A program made the position numbers and the translations under genes. The notes beneath the pieces were generated by a model. The model was not told the origin of the DNA and ran no database searches. It saw only the letters and a list, made by a program, of their open reading frames with translations. A stretch of 64,000 bases of DNA from a virus, in the IMG/VR virus record IMGVR_UViG_3300017714_002439, one strand, 5' to 3'. Positions 55,428 to 63,610 of this stretch are shown piece by piece. Within the stretch, counting starts at the first letter, position 1. Every line of letters begins with the position of its first letter.

Positions 55428-55682
55428 ATGACAACATTTTCTGAAGCAGACGTAAATAAATTGAAGCATCTTATTAAAGAAGGTATTCAAGTAACACAAG
55501 AAGTAGAAACCTTGCGAGAAGGACTTCGCGATACTGTAAAAGCAATTGCAGAAGAAATGGATATTAAACCATCTATTCTTAATAAAGCAGTGCGTGTAGC
55601 ATATAAGGCAGAATTTGCCAAAACACGTGATGAGTTCGATGAACTTGAAACAATTCTAACAACAGTAGGCCGCGATAGTTAA
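55428..55682 (+). CDS. T4 DsbA-like double-stranded DNA-binding protein
   Basis: LRDTVKAIAEEMDIKPSILNKAVRVAYK; directly upstream of PolB. Confidence 0.65.
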   Translation: MTTFSEADVNKLKHLIKEGIQVTQEVETLREGLRDTVKAIAEEMDIKPSILNKAVRVAYKAEFAKTRDEFDELETILTTVGRDS

Positions 55683-58375
55683 TGAGTTATGTAGACGGTT
55701 ATTTTAACAGAGAAAAAGATTGTCTACACGTAGTAGAACGTGTTAACGGCGAGCGAGTATACAAAGACTTTCCAGCACGTTATCAGTTCTACTATAAAGA
55801 CTCTAGAGGCAAATATACAAGTATATTTGGCGATAAACTTGAGCGTGTTGTATGTAACACAAGTAAAAAGTTTAATACAGAAAAGAAGATTCACGGACAT
55901 AAAAAGTTATTCGAAAGTGATATTAATCCACTTTTTAGATGCTTTTCTGAGAATTATGATCCTACAGAAACTCCAATACTACAAACAGCATTTTTTGATA
56001 TTGAGGTAGACTTTGATCCAGAGAAAGGATTTGCTCCACCTGAAGATCCATTCAATGAAGTAACAGCCATTAGTGTGCATTTAAGTTGGCTTAAAAGAAC
56101 TATTTGTTTAACTATCAAGCCTAACTCATTAGATAAAGAACAAGCACAAGCTGTATGTGATAAGTTTGAAGACACAATGCTATTTGATACTGAAAAAGAG
56201 CTACTTGAAGCATTTCTCACATTAATTGATGATGCAGATATCTTAACTGGCTGGAACAGTGAAGGTTTTGATATTCCGTATATGGTTAATAGAGTTGCAC
56301 GAGTTTTAAGCAAAAGTCATACAAGGCAGTTTTGTTTATGGGGACAATATCCTAAGCGTAGAACATTTGAACGTTTTGGTGCAGAAAACGAAACATTTGA
56401 TTTACTAGGCAGAGTGCATTTAGATTATATGCAATTGTATCGTAAGTATACATATCATGAAATGCACAGTTATAGTTTAGATGCAATTGGCGAGTATGAA
56501 CTTTCAGAACGTAAAGTTGACTATGAAGGAACACTAGATCAATTATACAACAATGACTACGAAACATTTATTGCATATTCAAGGCAAGATGTTGACTTGC
56601 TAGTAAGACTAGATGAGAAGTTACAGTTTATTGACTTGGCAAATGTGCTTGCACATTCTAATACTGTTTTACTACAGACAACAATGGGTGCGGTTGCACA
56701 AACAGACCAAGCTATTGTAAACGAAGCACATCAGCAAGGCTTTATTGTTCCTGATAAAAAGTTTGATAAAGATACAACACAAGCCGCTGGCGCCTACGTT
56801 GCAGATCCTAAACGTGGAATGCACAAATGGATTGGCAGTATGGACTTAAACAGTCTATATCCTAGTATTATTCGTGCTTGTAATATGAGCACCGAGACTA
56901 TTGTTGGACAAGTTAGGCATACGTTTACACGTGACTTACTTGATAGAGCAAAAACAGTTCCAGAAGCATGGGAGGGTCGTTTTGCAACACCCGAGTATGA
57001 ACTTGTTATGGACAAAGATACAACAGAATTAATGCATATTGACTTTGAAAGTGGTGAGAGTATAGAAGCCACTGGTGCAGAGATATATGAAATTGTGTTT
57101 AACAGTGGACAACCTTGGATTATTAGTGCTAATGGCACAGTATTTACATATGAGAAAAAAGGTATTATTCCTGGATTGCTAGAGCGTTGGTATGCAGAAC
57201 GTAAAGAAATACAAGCAAAGGCAGTAGCGGCACGTGAAGAAGGTGGCGATAAGTTTGCGTTTTGGGATAAGCGACAATTGGTTAAAAAGATTAACTTGAA
57301 TAGTTTGTATGGTGCGTTACTTAATCCTGGCAGTAGATTCTTTGACAGTAGACTAGGTCAATCAACAACACTAACAGGACGTAGTATTGCAAAGCACATG
57401 GCATCTAAATGCAACGAAATTATGGCAGGCAAATATGATCACGTAGGAGAAAGTATTGTATATGGTGATACTGACTCTACATACTTTAGTGCATATCCTA
57501 TTCTCAAACCTGAAATTGACAAAGGCGAAATACAATGGGATAAAGATACTATTACAAGTTACTATGAAGCAGTGTGCGATGAAGTAAACAAAACGTTTCC
57601 TAACTTTATGAATAAAGCGTTCCACACAACTGTTGACCTAGGTGCAATTATTGCCGCAGGTAGAGAAATATCAGCACAGTCAGGTCTCTTTATTACTAAG
57701 AAACGTTATGCGGCATTAGTATATGATAATGAAGGCAAACGTGAAGATAAAGATGGCAAGCCAGGCAAGGTAAAAGCTATGGGCTTAGACCTAAAACGTA
57801 GTGATACACCAGCATTTATGCAAGACTTTCTAAGTGAACTACTAATGATGACACTTACTGATGCAGGTGAAGAAGCAGTTATCAAACGTATTATTGAATT
57901 CCGTAAAGAGTTTCGTAGCATGGACAGTTGGAAGAAAGGCACGCCAAAACGTGTTAACAATCTAACAAAGTTTCGTGGTATAGTTGCAAATTATGACAAA
58001 GCAAAGAACAAAGCTATTAGAGATGGACGCAGTGCCAAAGACATTAAGAAGCCTGCATTACCAGGTCACGTAAGAGCGGCACTAAACTGGAATCAGTTAT
58101 GCAAAATAAATGATGACAAATATAGTATTGAGATTACAGATGGAATGAAAACTGTTGTTTGTAAACTTAAAGATAATCCATTAGGCTTTACAAGTGTAGG
58201 CTATCCTACAGATGAAACACGTCTTCCACAGTGGTTTCAAGAACTTCCGTTTGATGACGATCTTATGGAACACACTATTATTACTAAAAAACTAGATAAC
58301 TTATTGGGTGTGTTAAATTGGGATTTAGATGCAGGGTCGGCACATAATACATTTGCAGATTTGTTTGACTTCTAA
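55682..58375 (+). CDS. Family B DNA polymerase
   Basis: Exo I FFDIEVD, Exo II WNSEGFD, Exo III YSRQDV, DLNSLYPS, KINLNSLYG, YGDTDS. Confidence 0.97.
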   Translation: MSYVDGYFNREKDCLHVVERVNGERVYKDFPARYQFYYKDSRGKYTSIFGDKLERVVCNTSKKFNTEKKIHGHKKLFESDINPLFRCFSENYDPTETPILQTAFFDIEVDFDPEKGFAPPEDPFNEVTAISVHLSWLKRTICLTIKPNSLDKEQAQAVCDKFEDTMLFDTEKELLEAFLTLIDDADILTGWNSEGFDIPYMVNRVARVLSKSHTRQFCLWGQYPKRRTFERFGAENETFDLLGRVHLDYMQLYRKYTYHEMHSYSLDAIGEYELSERKVDYEGTLDQLYNNDYETFIAYSRQDVDLLVRLDEKLQFIDLANVLAHSNTVLLQTTMGAVAQTDQAIVNEAHQQGFIVPDKKFDKDTTQAAGAYVADPKRGMHKWIGSMDLNSLYPSIIRACNMSTETIVGQVRHTFTRDLLDRAKTVPEAWEGRFATPEYELVMDKDTTELMHIDFESGESIEATGAEIYEIVFNSGQPWIISANGTVFTYEKKGIIPGLLERWYAERKEIQAKAVAAREEGGDKFAFWDKRQLVKKINLNSLYGALLNPGSRFFDSRLGQSTTLTGRSIAKHMASKCNEIMAGKYDHVGESIVYGDTDSTYFSAYPILKPEIDKGEIQWDKDTITSYYEAVCDEVNKTFPNFMNKAFHTTVDLGAIIAAGREISAQSGLFITKKRYAALVYDNEGKREDKDGKPGKVKAMGLDLKRSDTPAFMQDFLSELLMMTLTDAGEEAVIKRIIEFRKEFRSMDSWKKGTPKRVNNLTKFRGIVANYDKAKNKAIRDGRSAKDIKKPALPGHVRAALNWNQLCKINDDKYSIEITDGMKTVVCKLKDNPLGFTSVGYPTDETRLPQWFQELPFDDDLMEHTIITKKLDNLLGVLNWDLDAGSAHNTFADLFDF

Positions 58376-59190
58376 TGAATATTTTAGTTATTGGAACTTC
58401 GCATAGTGTTTCTAGTTGTAAACGATACCCACATTTCCACCCCTTAGACCATGGCAATAAAGATATTATGCTAGAAGGTAGATGGCATGATTTGTTAGGT
58501 AAACATTATGGAGCAGATGTATTTAATCTTTCTCGCAGTGGGTGTTCAATTGAAGATCAAATAGACAAGGTATATGCATACAATCAAGTAAATCCAAAAA
58601 AACAATACGATTTAGCTATAGTAGAAGGTAGAAGAATGCAAAGTAGTATAGGAATCAATGAAAAAGGCTTTTCGTCGCCAATTGACTTTCCATGCGAAGA
58701 AACATACTTAAATTGGACAGATGGATTTAGAAAACTTCATGGAGATACCGGAAATAAACTTGATCAGATATCTAGTGCTTATTCAACCCATATTCAGAAT
58801 CATAAGCAACTGAAACAATATGGCCCATGGTTTGTTGATTATGTAGATAGTTACTTACAAGCGGTTCAAGTCTGGTCAATGAATTTAGCATTATGTTCGT
58901 TATTAGAAACTTTTTGTGATAAAGTGCTATGGTATACGTTTAATGGAAATAACGTTTCTAAATTTGGAGAACATGCACCATTAAACACCATGGGTTATCA
59001 AATGCTTAAAAAGTATGCATTGTTTACAGAGGATACATATTTTAATGGAGTAACCTTATTTGATGCATTTGCTAACGATACAGATAATAAACTTCATTGT
59101 CATTGTCATCACTTAAATGAATTAGGGCATCATATGTTGTTTAATGATATACTAAAGCCTAGACTAGACGAATTAAAAATATTCAAATAA
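58375..59190 (+). CDS. SGNH/GDSL-like protein
   Basis: VIGTSHS block I, NLSRSG block II, HLNELGH block V-like. Confidence 0.55.
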   Translation: MNILVIGTSHSVSSCKRYPHFHPLDHGNKDIMLEGRWHDLLGKHYGADVFNLSRSGCSIEDQIDKVYAYNQVNPKKQYDLAIVEGRRMQSSIGINEKGFSSPIDFPCEETYLNWTDGFRKLHGDTGNKLDQISSAYSTHIQNHKQLKQYGPWFVDYVDSYLQAVQVWSMNLALCSLLETFCDKVLWYTFNGNNVSKFGEHAPLNTMGYQMLKKYALFTEDTYFNGVTLFDAFANDTDNKLHCHCHHLNELGHHMLFNDILKPRLDELKIFK

Positions 59191-59201
59191 ATACTGTTAT
59201 A

Positions 59202-60245
59202 ATGCAGTGTTCTTTATTCAATAATGGTTTATCTATACGCCCAGATGGCAGGGTCTCACCCTGTTGTCAGTGGATTCATAATGAAAGAATGATTAAATTA
59301 GATGACGATTGGGAAACATACATAGATGACAAACGAGAACAATTTAAAAAAGGTTGGATTCCAGAATGTAATCAATGTAAAAATGACGAAGCGATTACCG
59401 GAACAAGTGAGAGAATTGAACAAAATAATTTTTTACGTGAATATGCACGGTTAGATAGTAAAAAATTTTATTGGGATTTAAAATTACATAACACTTGCAA
59501 CTTAACTTGTAGAATGTGTGGTCCACATGATTCAAGTAGTTGGTTAAAACTAATCAACGAAAATAAAAAAGAAGAATGGGATGCAGAAAATATTTTAGGA
59601 ATCGATGATGTCAAGTTTGGTTGGCGAGAAAATATTCCTTTACTTTTAAAAAATCATATTAACGAGTTAAAAGTCTTAAAATTTACCGGCGGCGAGCCTT
59701 TTATGATACCACAAGTAAAACAACTAATGAAAGCTGTTATTAAAAAAGGTAAAGCCGACGATGTTCATATTAAAATGACTACAAATTCTACATTTGAATT
59801 AACCAACGAATGGATTGATATTCTCAAACAGTTTAAACGTGTTAGTTTTAGTCTTAGTATTAATGGAATAAAATCAAGATATGAGTATATCAGGCAAAAC
59901 GCTGATTGGGAAACAGTGTATACAAATGTTATGAAGGTGAAAGATCTTAAATTTATTGATTATAGAGTAAATGACTTATATCAAATACTTGTTTATGATA
60001 TAGTTGACGAGATTAATAACTTTTGGAAATCAAAAGATGTTGATGTAGCGTGGGCACACTTAACAGCACCAAAATATCACTCACTACATGCGTTACCTAC
60101 ACATCTTTTAAAAAAATACAATCACTGGAACGGCTATAAATTTAATCAAGCATTATTTGATGAGTTTTTAAAACAAACTTCCATACATGATCGTATATAT
60201 GGAAAAGATATACATAAACAAATTCCAGAGTTATTTTCTAAATAA
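59202..60245 (+). CDS. Radical SAM protein with N-terminal SPASM/twitch-like domain
   Basis: CNLTCRMC, FTGGEP, N-terminal C..DGRVSPCC..CNQC. Confidence 0.87.
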   Translation: MQCSLFNNGLSIRPDGRVSPCCQWIHNERMIKLDDDWETYIDDKREQFKKGWIPECNQCKNDEAITGTSERIEQNNFLREYARLDSKKFYWDLKLHNTCNLTCRMCGPHDSSSWLKLINENKKEEWDAENILGIDDVKFGWRENIPLLLKNHINELKVLKFTGGEPFMIPQVKQLMKAVIKKGKADDVHIKMTTNSTFELTNEWIDILKQFKRVSFSLSINGIKSRYEYIRQNADWETVYTNVMKVKDLKFIDYRVNDLYQILVYDIVDEINNFWKSKDVDVAWAHLTAPKYHSLHALPTHLLKKYNHWNGYKFNQALFDEFLKQTSIHDRIYGKDIHKQIPELFSK

Positions 60246-60253
60246 ATACTATT

Positions 60254-60463
60254 ATGGAAATAATTGGTATAACAACAACTGTAGTATTTTTATCTATTGT
60301 ATGGTTCTGCATAGTTTTATTAATAGCAAAGAAGCTTAAAATTAAGAAAGATGCACCGTTTCATAAGATAATAACATGCTTATTAGTAATGGGCCCTATT
60401 GGTTGGAGCATTATATTGGTTATTATTGCATACGATCTAGTAGATAAACTCACCAAAAAGTAA
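60254..60463 (+). CDS. Small two-TM membrane protein
   Basis: Two hydrophobic segments. Confidence 0.7.
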   Translation: MEIIGITTTVVFLSIVWFCIVLLIAKKLKIKKDAPFHKIITCLLVMGPIGWSIILVIIAYDLVDKLTKK

Positions 60464-60484
60464 AAAAATAGTTAAAAAAGTTAT

Positions 60485-60511
60485 AAACCCTTGAAATACA
60501 AGGGTTTTTTT
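60485..60511 (+). terminator. Terminator, part of a duplicated intergenic cassette
   Basis: AAACCCTTG-aaata-CAAGGGTTT followed by T tract. Confidence 0.8.
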
Positions 60512-60524
60512 ATGGCCTTAAAGG

Positions 60525-60553
60525 TTGACAACCAAGAGCTCTTAGTGTATTAT
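60525..60553 (+). promoter_or_regulatory. sigma70-type early promoter with palindromic spacer
   Basis: TTGACA-ACCAAGAGCTCTTAGTG-TATTAT. Confidence 0.8.
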
Positions 60554-60583
60554 AGTATATGTAAGTTAGAAAAAGGAGTATAA

Positions 60584-60730
60584 ATGAGTCATCCAATAAA
60601 CGATATGATACTAGAAAATGCTTTTGATGAGGGTTTAGAACTAGCAGAAGCAAAAGGTTTAAAAGGCGAAGAAGCAGAAGTATTTGCTGAGAAATTTGCC
60701 CATGAAAAATTGGAAGAGTTAAGTATATGA
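60584..60730 (+). CDS. 48-aa acidic early peptide (not in supplied ORF track)
   Basis: AAGGAG SD; MSHPINDMILENAFDEGLELAEAKGLKGEEAEVFAEKFAHEKLEELSI; ATGA overlap. Confidence 0.75.
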   Translation: MSHPINDMILENAFDEGLELAEAKGLKGEEAEVFAEKFAHEKLEELSI

Positions 60731-61200
60731 CCGTTACTGTTAACTTAAAAGGTGGAACAAGAACACAGAAGAAATATGCCAAATCAATGGTAGAATTTTG
60801 TGCAAAAATGCTTATGCCTAGAGTATCAAATTTAGAAGTTAACTTACATCTTTACAAATTTAAGAAAGACGATTCATATGGATATGCATTAGCAACAGAT
60901 GATGCTGATGCTGATAGGCCTAGAGAGTTTAATGTGGAAATTAACACTGATACACGACTACGTAGAATACTTGAAACAATAGCACACGAAATGGTGCATG
61001 TAAAACAGTTTGCACGTGGTGAATTATATCAGAGTTCAAAAACAGCAAAGCACCGCTGGCAAGGTATTTGGATGCGAAGCGAAAAAGAATATTGGGATTT
61101 GCCTTGGGAAATAGAAGCACATGGTAGAGAATGTGGTCTATTTGTAAGATGGGCAGAAGACATGGGTTTTGGTAACAAAGCCTGGACAAAAGACGACTAA
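60727..61200 (+). CDS. Zincin-like metallopeptidase
   Basis: IAHEMVHVKQF (HExxH), PWEIEA. Confidence 0.8.
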   Translation: MTVTVNLKGGTRTQKKYAKSMVEFCAKMLMPRVSNLEVNLHLYKFKKDDSYGYALATDDADADRPREFNVEINTDTRLRRILETIAHEMVHVKQFARGELYQSSKTAKHRWQGIWMRSEKEYWDLPWEIEAHGRECGLFVRWAEDMGFGNKAWTKDD

Positions 61201-61228
61201 TAGAAACTTAACGAGAGCAGGTGATAAA

Positions 61229-61777
61229 ATGACTAAACTTAATTTCTTCGGTGGTATGTTCAATACTTTTACTATGATGATACTAATAATTGGATTAGCA
61301 TCAACAACTCAAGCAGATAGCAAAACATATCGTTTTGGTGCAGATGAATTTCCAGAAGTGCATTGTCTAGCACTAAATATTTACTACGAGTCACGTGGAA
61401 GTAATTTTGCAGATCAAGTAGCAGTAGCAGATGTTGTATTAAATCGTGTGCAAGACTCACGTTATCCTGATACAGTATGTGATGTTGTTCACCAAGGTAA
61501 ACAAAAACCAAGTTGGAAAGACAAAAGTGTTATGGTAATGGTTCGTAACAAGTGTCAGTTCAGTTGGTATTGTGATGGGAAAGCAGACGAACCTCATCAA
61601 GGAGATGCATGGGTTAATGCACAAACAGTTGCATGGAGAATTATGCAGTTTTCAGAATACAGAGGCATTACAGAAGGTGCAACACATTATCATGCAACCT
61701 ACGTTGAACCAAATTGGGCAGGATCTTTACAACTAATAGGAACAATAGGTAAACATGTTTTCTACAGATGGAACTAA
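61229..61777 (+). CDS. SleB-like cell wall hydrolase (Hydrolase_2; start revised to 61229)
   Basis: CLALNIYYESRG, VLNRV, CQFSWYCDG, GATHYHATYV, IGKHVFY. Confidence 0.9.
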   Translation: MTKLNFFGGMFNTFTMMILIIGLASTTQADSKTYRFGADEFPEVHCLALNIYYESRGSNFADQVAVADVVLNRVQDSRYPDTVCDVVHQGKQKPSWKDKSVMVMVRNKCQFSWYCDGKADEPHQGDAWVNAQTVAWRIMQFSEYRGITEGATHYHATYVEPNWAGSLQLIGTIGKHVFYRWN

Positions 61778-62042
61778 AAAAGTCTGGAACATAGTTATTG
61801 ATAAAAAAATTGATTGCGTTATAATGACTGATGCAGAAGCTATGCAAGTCAAGATGAAATTCATGCCAGATATAGAAATGACTGACATGACAACACTTCA
61901 TAATATAAACCCTGAAATGTTTCATAAAGAAGAAAGAGAAAAAGAATTAGCCAAACAGGAACCCAGAGCTTATTTGTTGTTTGATGCGGTTCCAGTTCAA
62001 TACAAAACAACATGGACATTTGAGTCCTTAATGGAGATGTAA
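61755..62042 (+). CDS. Hypothetical protein
   Basis: Operon gene. Confidence 0.65.
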   Translation: MFSTDGTKKVWNIVIDKKIDCVIMTDAEAMQVKMKFMPDIEMTDMTTLHNINPEMFHKEEREKELAKQEPRAYLLFDAVPVQYKTTWTFESLMEM

Positions 62043-62043
62043 T

Positions 62044-62721
62044 ATGAACCCACAAGACTTTAAAGAGGCACGATATTTAAAAGACAATTGGTTTAATGAG
62101 TTTACATTAGGAAATGATGATCCTGGATACTGTGATTGGATAGATAAACAAGAAGAAAAAATAGGATGTGCTCCAGGTTATACTAAACACAGTATTGAAT
62201 ACTTTATTAATGATTGGAGATATAGAGGACAACTAGTTCCAGAAATGGGAGCACCAGCGGCATTTGGTTGTAGTTATACATTTGGTTATGGAAGTAACCT
62301 TCATTGGCCAGGAATGTTAGGTGTTGCTAATCTTGGACAAAATGGTGCAAGTAATGATCAAATAACAAGACTAGCTATTACATATTGTAAAACATTTAAA
62401 CCAAAAGAGATATATGTAATGTGGACATTTCCAAACAGGCGAGAATGGATAGACGATACTGGTAACGTATTACGTTTTAAAGCTGATGAAGTTAAAAATA
62501 AATGGGAACAGGCTCATATTGAATTATACAACGAGTATTGGGATAATTATAATTTTAATAAAAACAAGATATTATTAAATAGCTGGTGCGAGAGTAACGA
62601 TATTAAAATACACTACAAAGATCAAAATTATTTTAACAAAGATGATTATCCATTAGCTAGAGATAATATGCATCCAGGAGCAGATTGGCATTTAAATGTT
62701 AGTGCATCATTCGAAACTTAA
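62044..62721 (+). CDS. SGNH/GDSL-like protein
   Basis: AFGCSYTFG, NLGQNGASN, DNMHPG. Confidence 0.65.
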   Translation: MNPQDFKEARYLKDNWFNEFTLGNDDPGYCDWIDKQEEKIGCAPGYTKHSIEYFINDWRYRGQLVPEMGAPAAFGCSYTFGYGSNLHWPGMLGVANLGQNGASNDQITRLAITYCKTFKPKEIYVMWTFPNRREWIDDTGNVLRFKADEVKNKWEQAHIELYNEYWDNYNFNKNKILLNSWCESNDIKIHYKDQNYFNKDDYPLARDNMHPGADWHLNVSASFET

Positions 62722-63499
62722 AAATTGGTTTAATAACCACACAGAACTTGGTGGGTATGTTGCCAGTTGTTATGTTGATTGGAACATAGTAGCCAGTCCT
62801 ATGCATGAATTTGTAAAGCTATTAGAGGCCTACAAGAAGATTGAATATCTTGACATAGAAGCATTTGCACAATCTGAGGTAATGGATAATACTATGCCTG
62901 ATAGATGGATTATGGAAGATATTAGTAAGATTAAATATCTTACAGAAGAAATACTAGCAGAGCAACTATTATTTCATCCACAAATTATACACGAACCTTG
63001 GTTTGATAGATATAGAGTTCATCCAGGCAGTGGCAGAGCAATAGCATTATGGTTATGTGGTTTTCAACAATTTAAAACAATATACACACACTTCAATGAA
63101 ACAACATTCAAAGCACCAGGACACACTATAAGGTTAGATAGTTGGAAACAATTAGCAAATGAAATTATAGTTCATGGACCATCTAATACTTTTCGAAGTG
63201 CATATGATGTGGAAACATTTAGAGCATTTCCTACTTTACATAAAGATATAAAACACACAGAAGATAAAGATATTGAATGGGCTCCGAATTTTACTAGCAG
63301 TAAACCTTGGGAGTTTTTAGTATATAGTGAAGGTAAGCAATTCTTAAACTTTAAAAAAGAATGGCGATCACACAGTTATGATATGTATACGGATTTACAG
63401 CATAGCATTACACAAATTGGTAGAACTATTTTTGAATTTAAAAAGGATAAAGTAGTTAAGGTAGTTAGAGGCGATGAGGTATATAATATTGTTGACTAA
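62696..63499 (+). CDS. Hypothetical protein
   Basis: 267 aa ORF; YRVHPGSGR. Confidence 0.75.
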   Translation: MLVHHSKLKNWFNNHTELGGYVASCYVDWNIVASPMHEFVKLLEAYKKIEYLDIEAFAQSEVMDNTMPDRWIMEDISKIKYLTEEILAEQLLFHPQIIHEPWFDRYRVHPGSGRAIALWLCGFQQFKTIYTHFNETTFKAPGHTIRLDSWKQLANEIIVHGPSNTFRSAYDVETFRAFPTLHKDIKHTEDKDIEWAPNFTSSKPWEFLVYSEGKQFLNFKKEWRSHSYDMYTDLQHSITQIGRTIFEFKKDKVVKVVRGDEVYNIVD

Positions 63500-63540
63500 T
63501 TTTACCTTTTCGTGTATAATAATTTTAATTAATATAAATA
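63492..63540 (+). promoter_or_regulatory. Tandem early and late promoters for queD
   Basis: TTGACT-17nt-TATAAT (63492-63520) and TATAAATA (63533-63540). Confidence 0.7.
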
Positions 63541-63610
63541 CTATGAGGACTTAAAATGGATCGACCCTCCCTAAATACTCCGCTCCTAAGACATATAAAA
63601 GGAGAAGAAG

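Noticed and set aside
55682-58375. Intein or intron in DNA polymerase
   Set aside because: All exonuclease and polymerase motifs are present at normal spacing in 897 aa; no C/S...HN splice motifs or insertion seen
63541-63600. preQ1-I riboswitch
   Set aside because: Loop length and 3' tail do not match the class I consensus; kept only as an unnamed candidate leader
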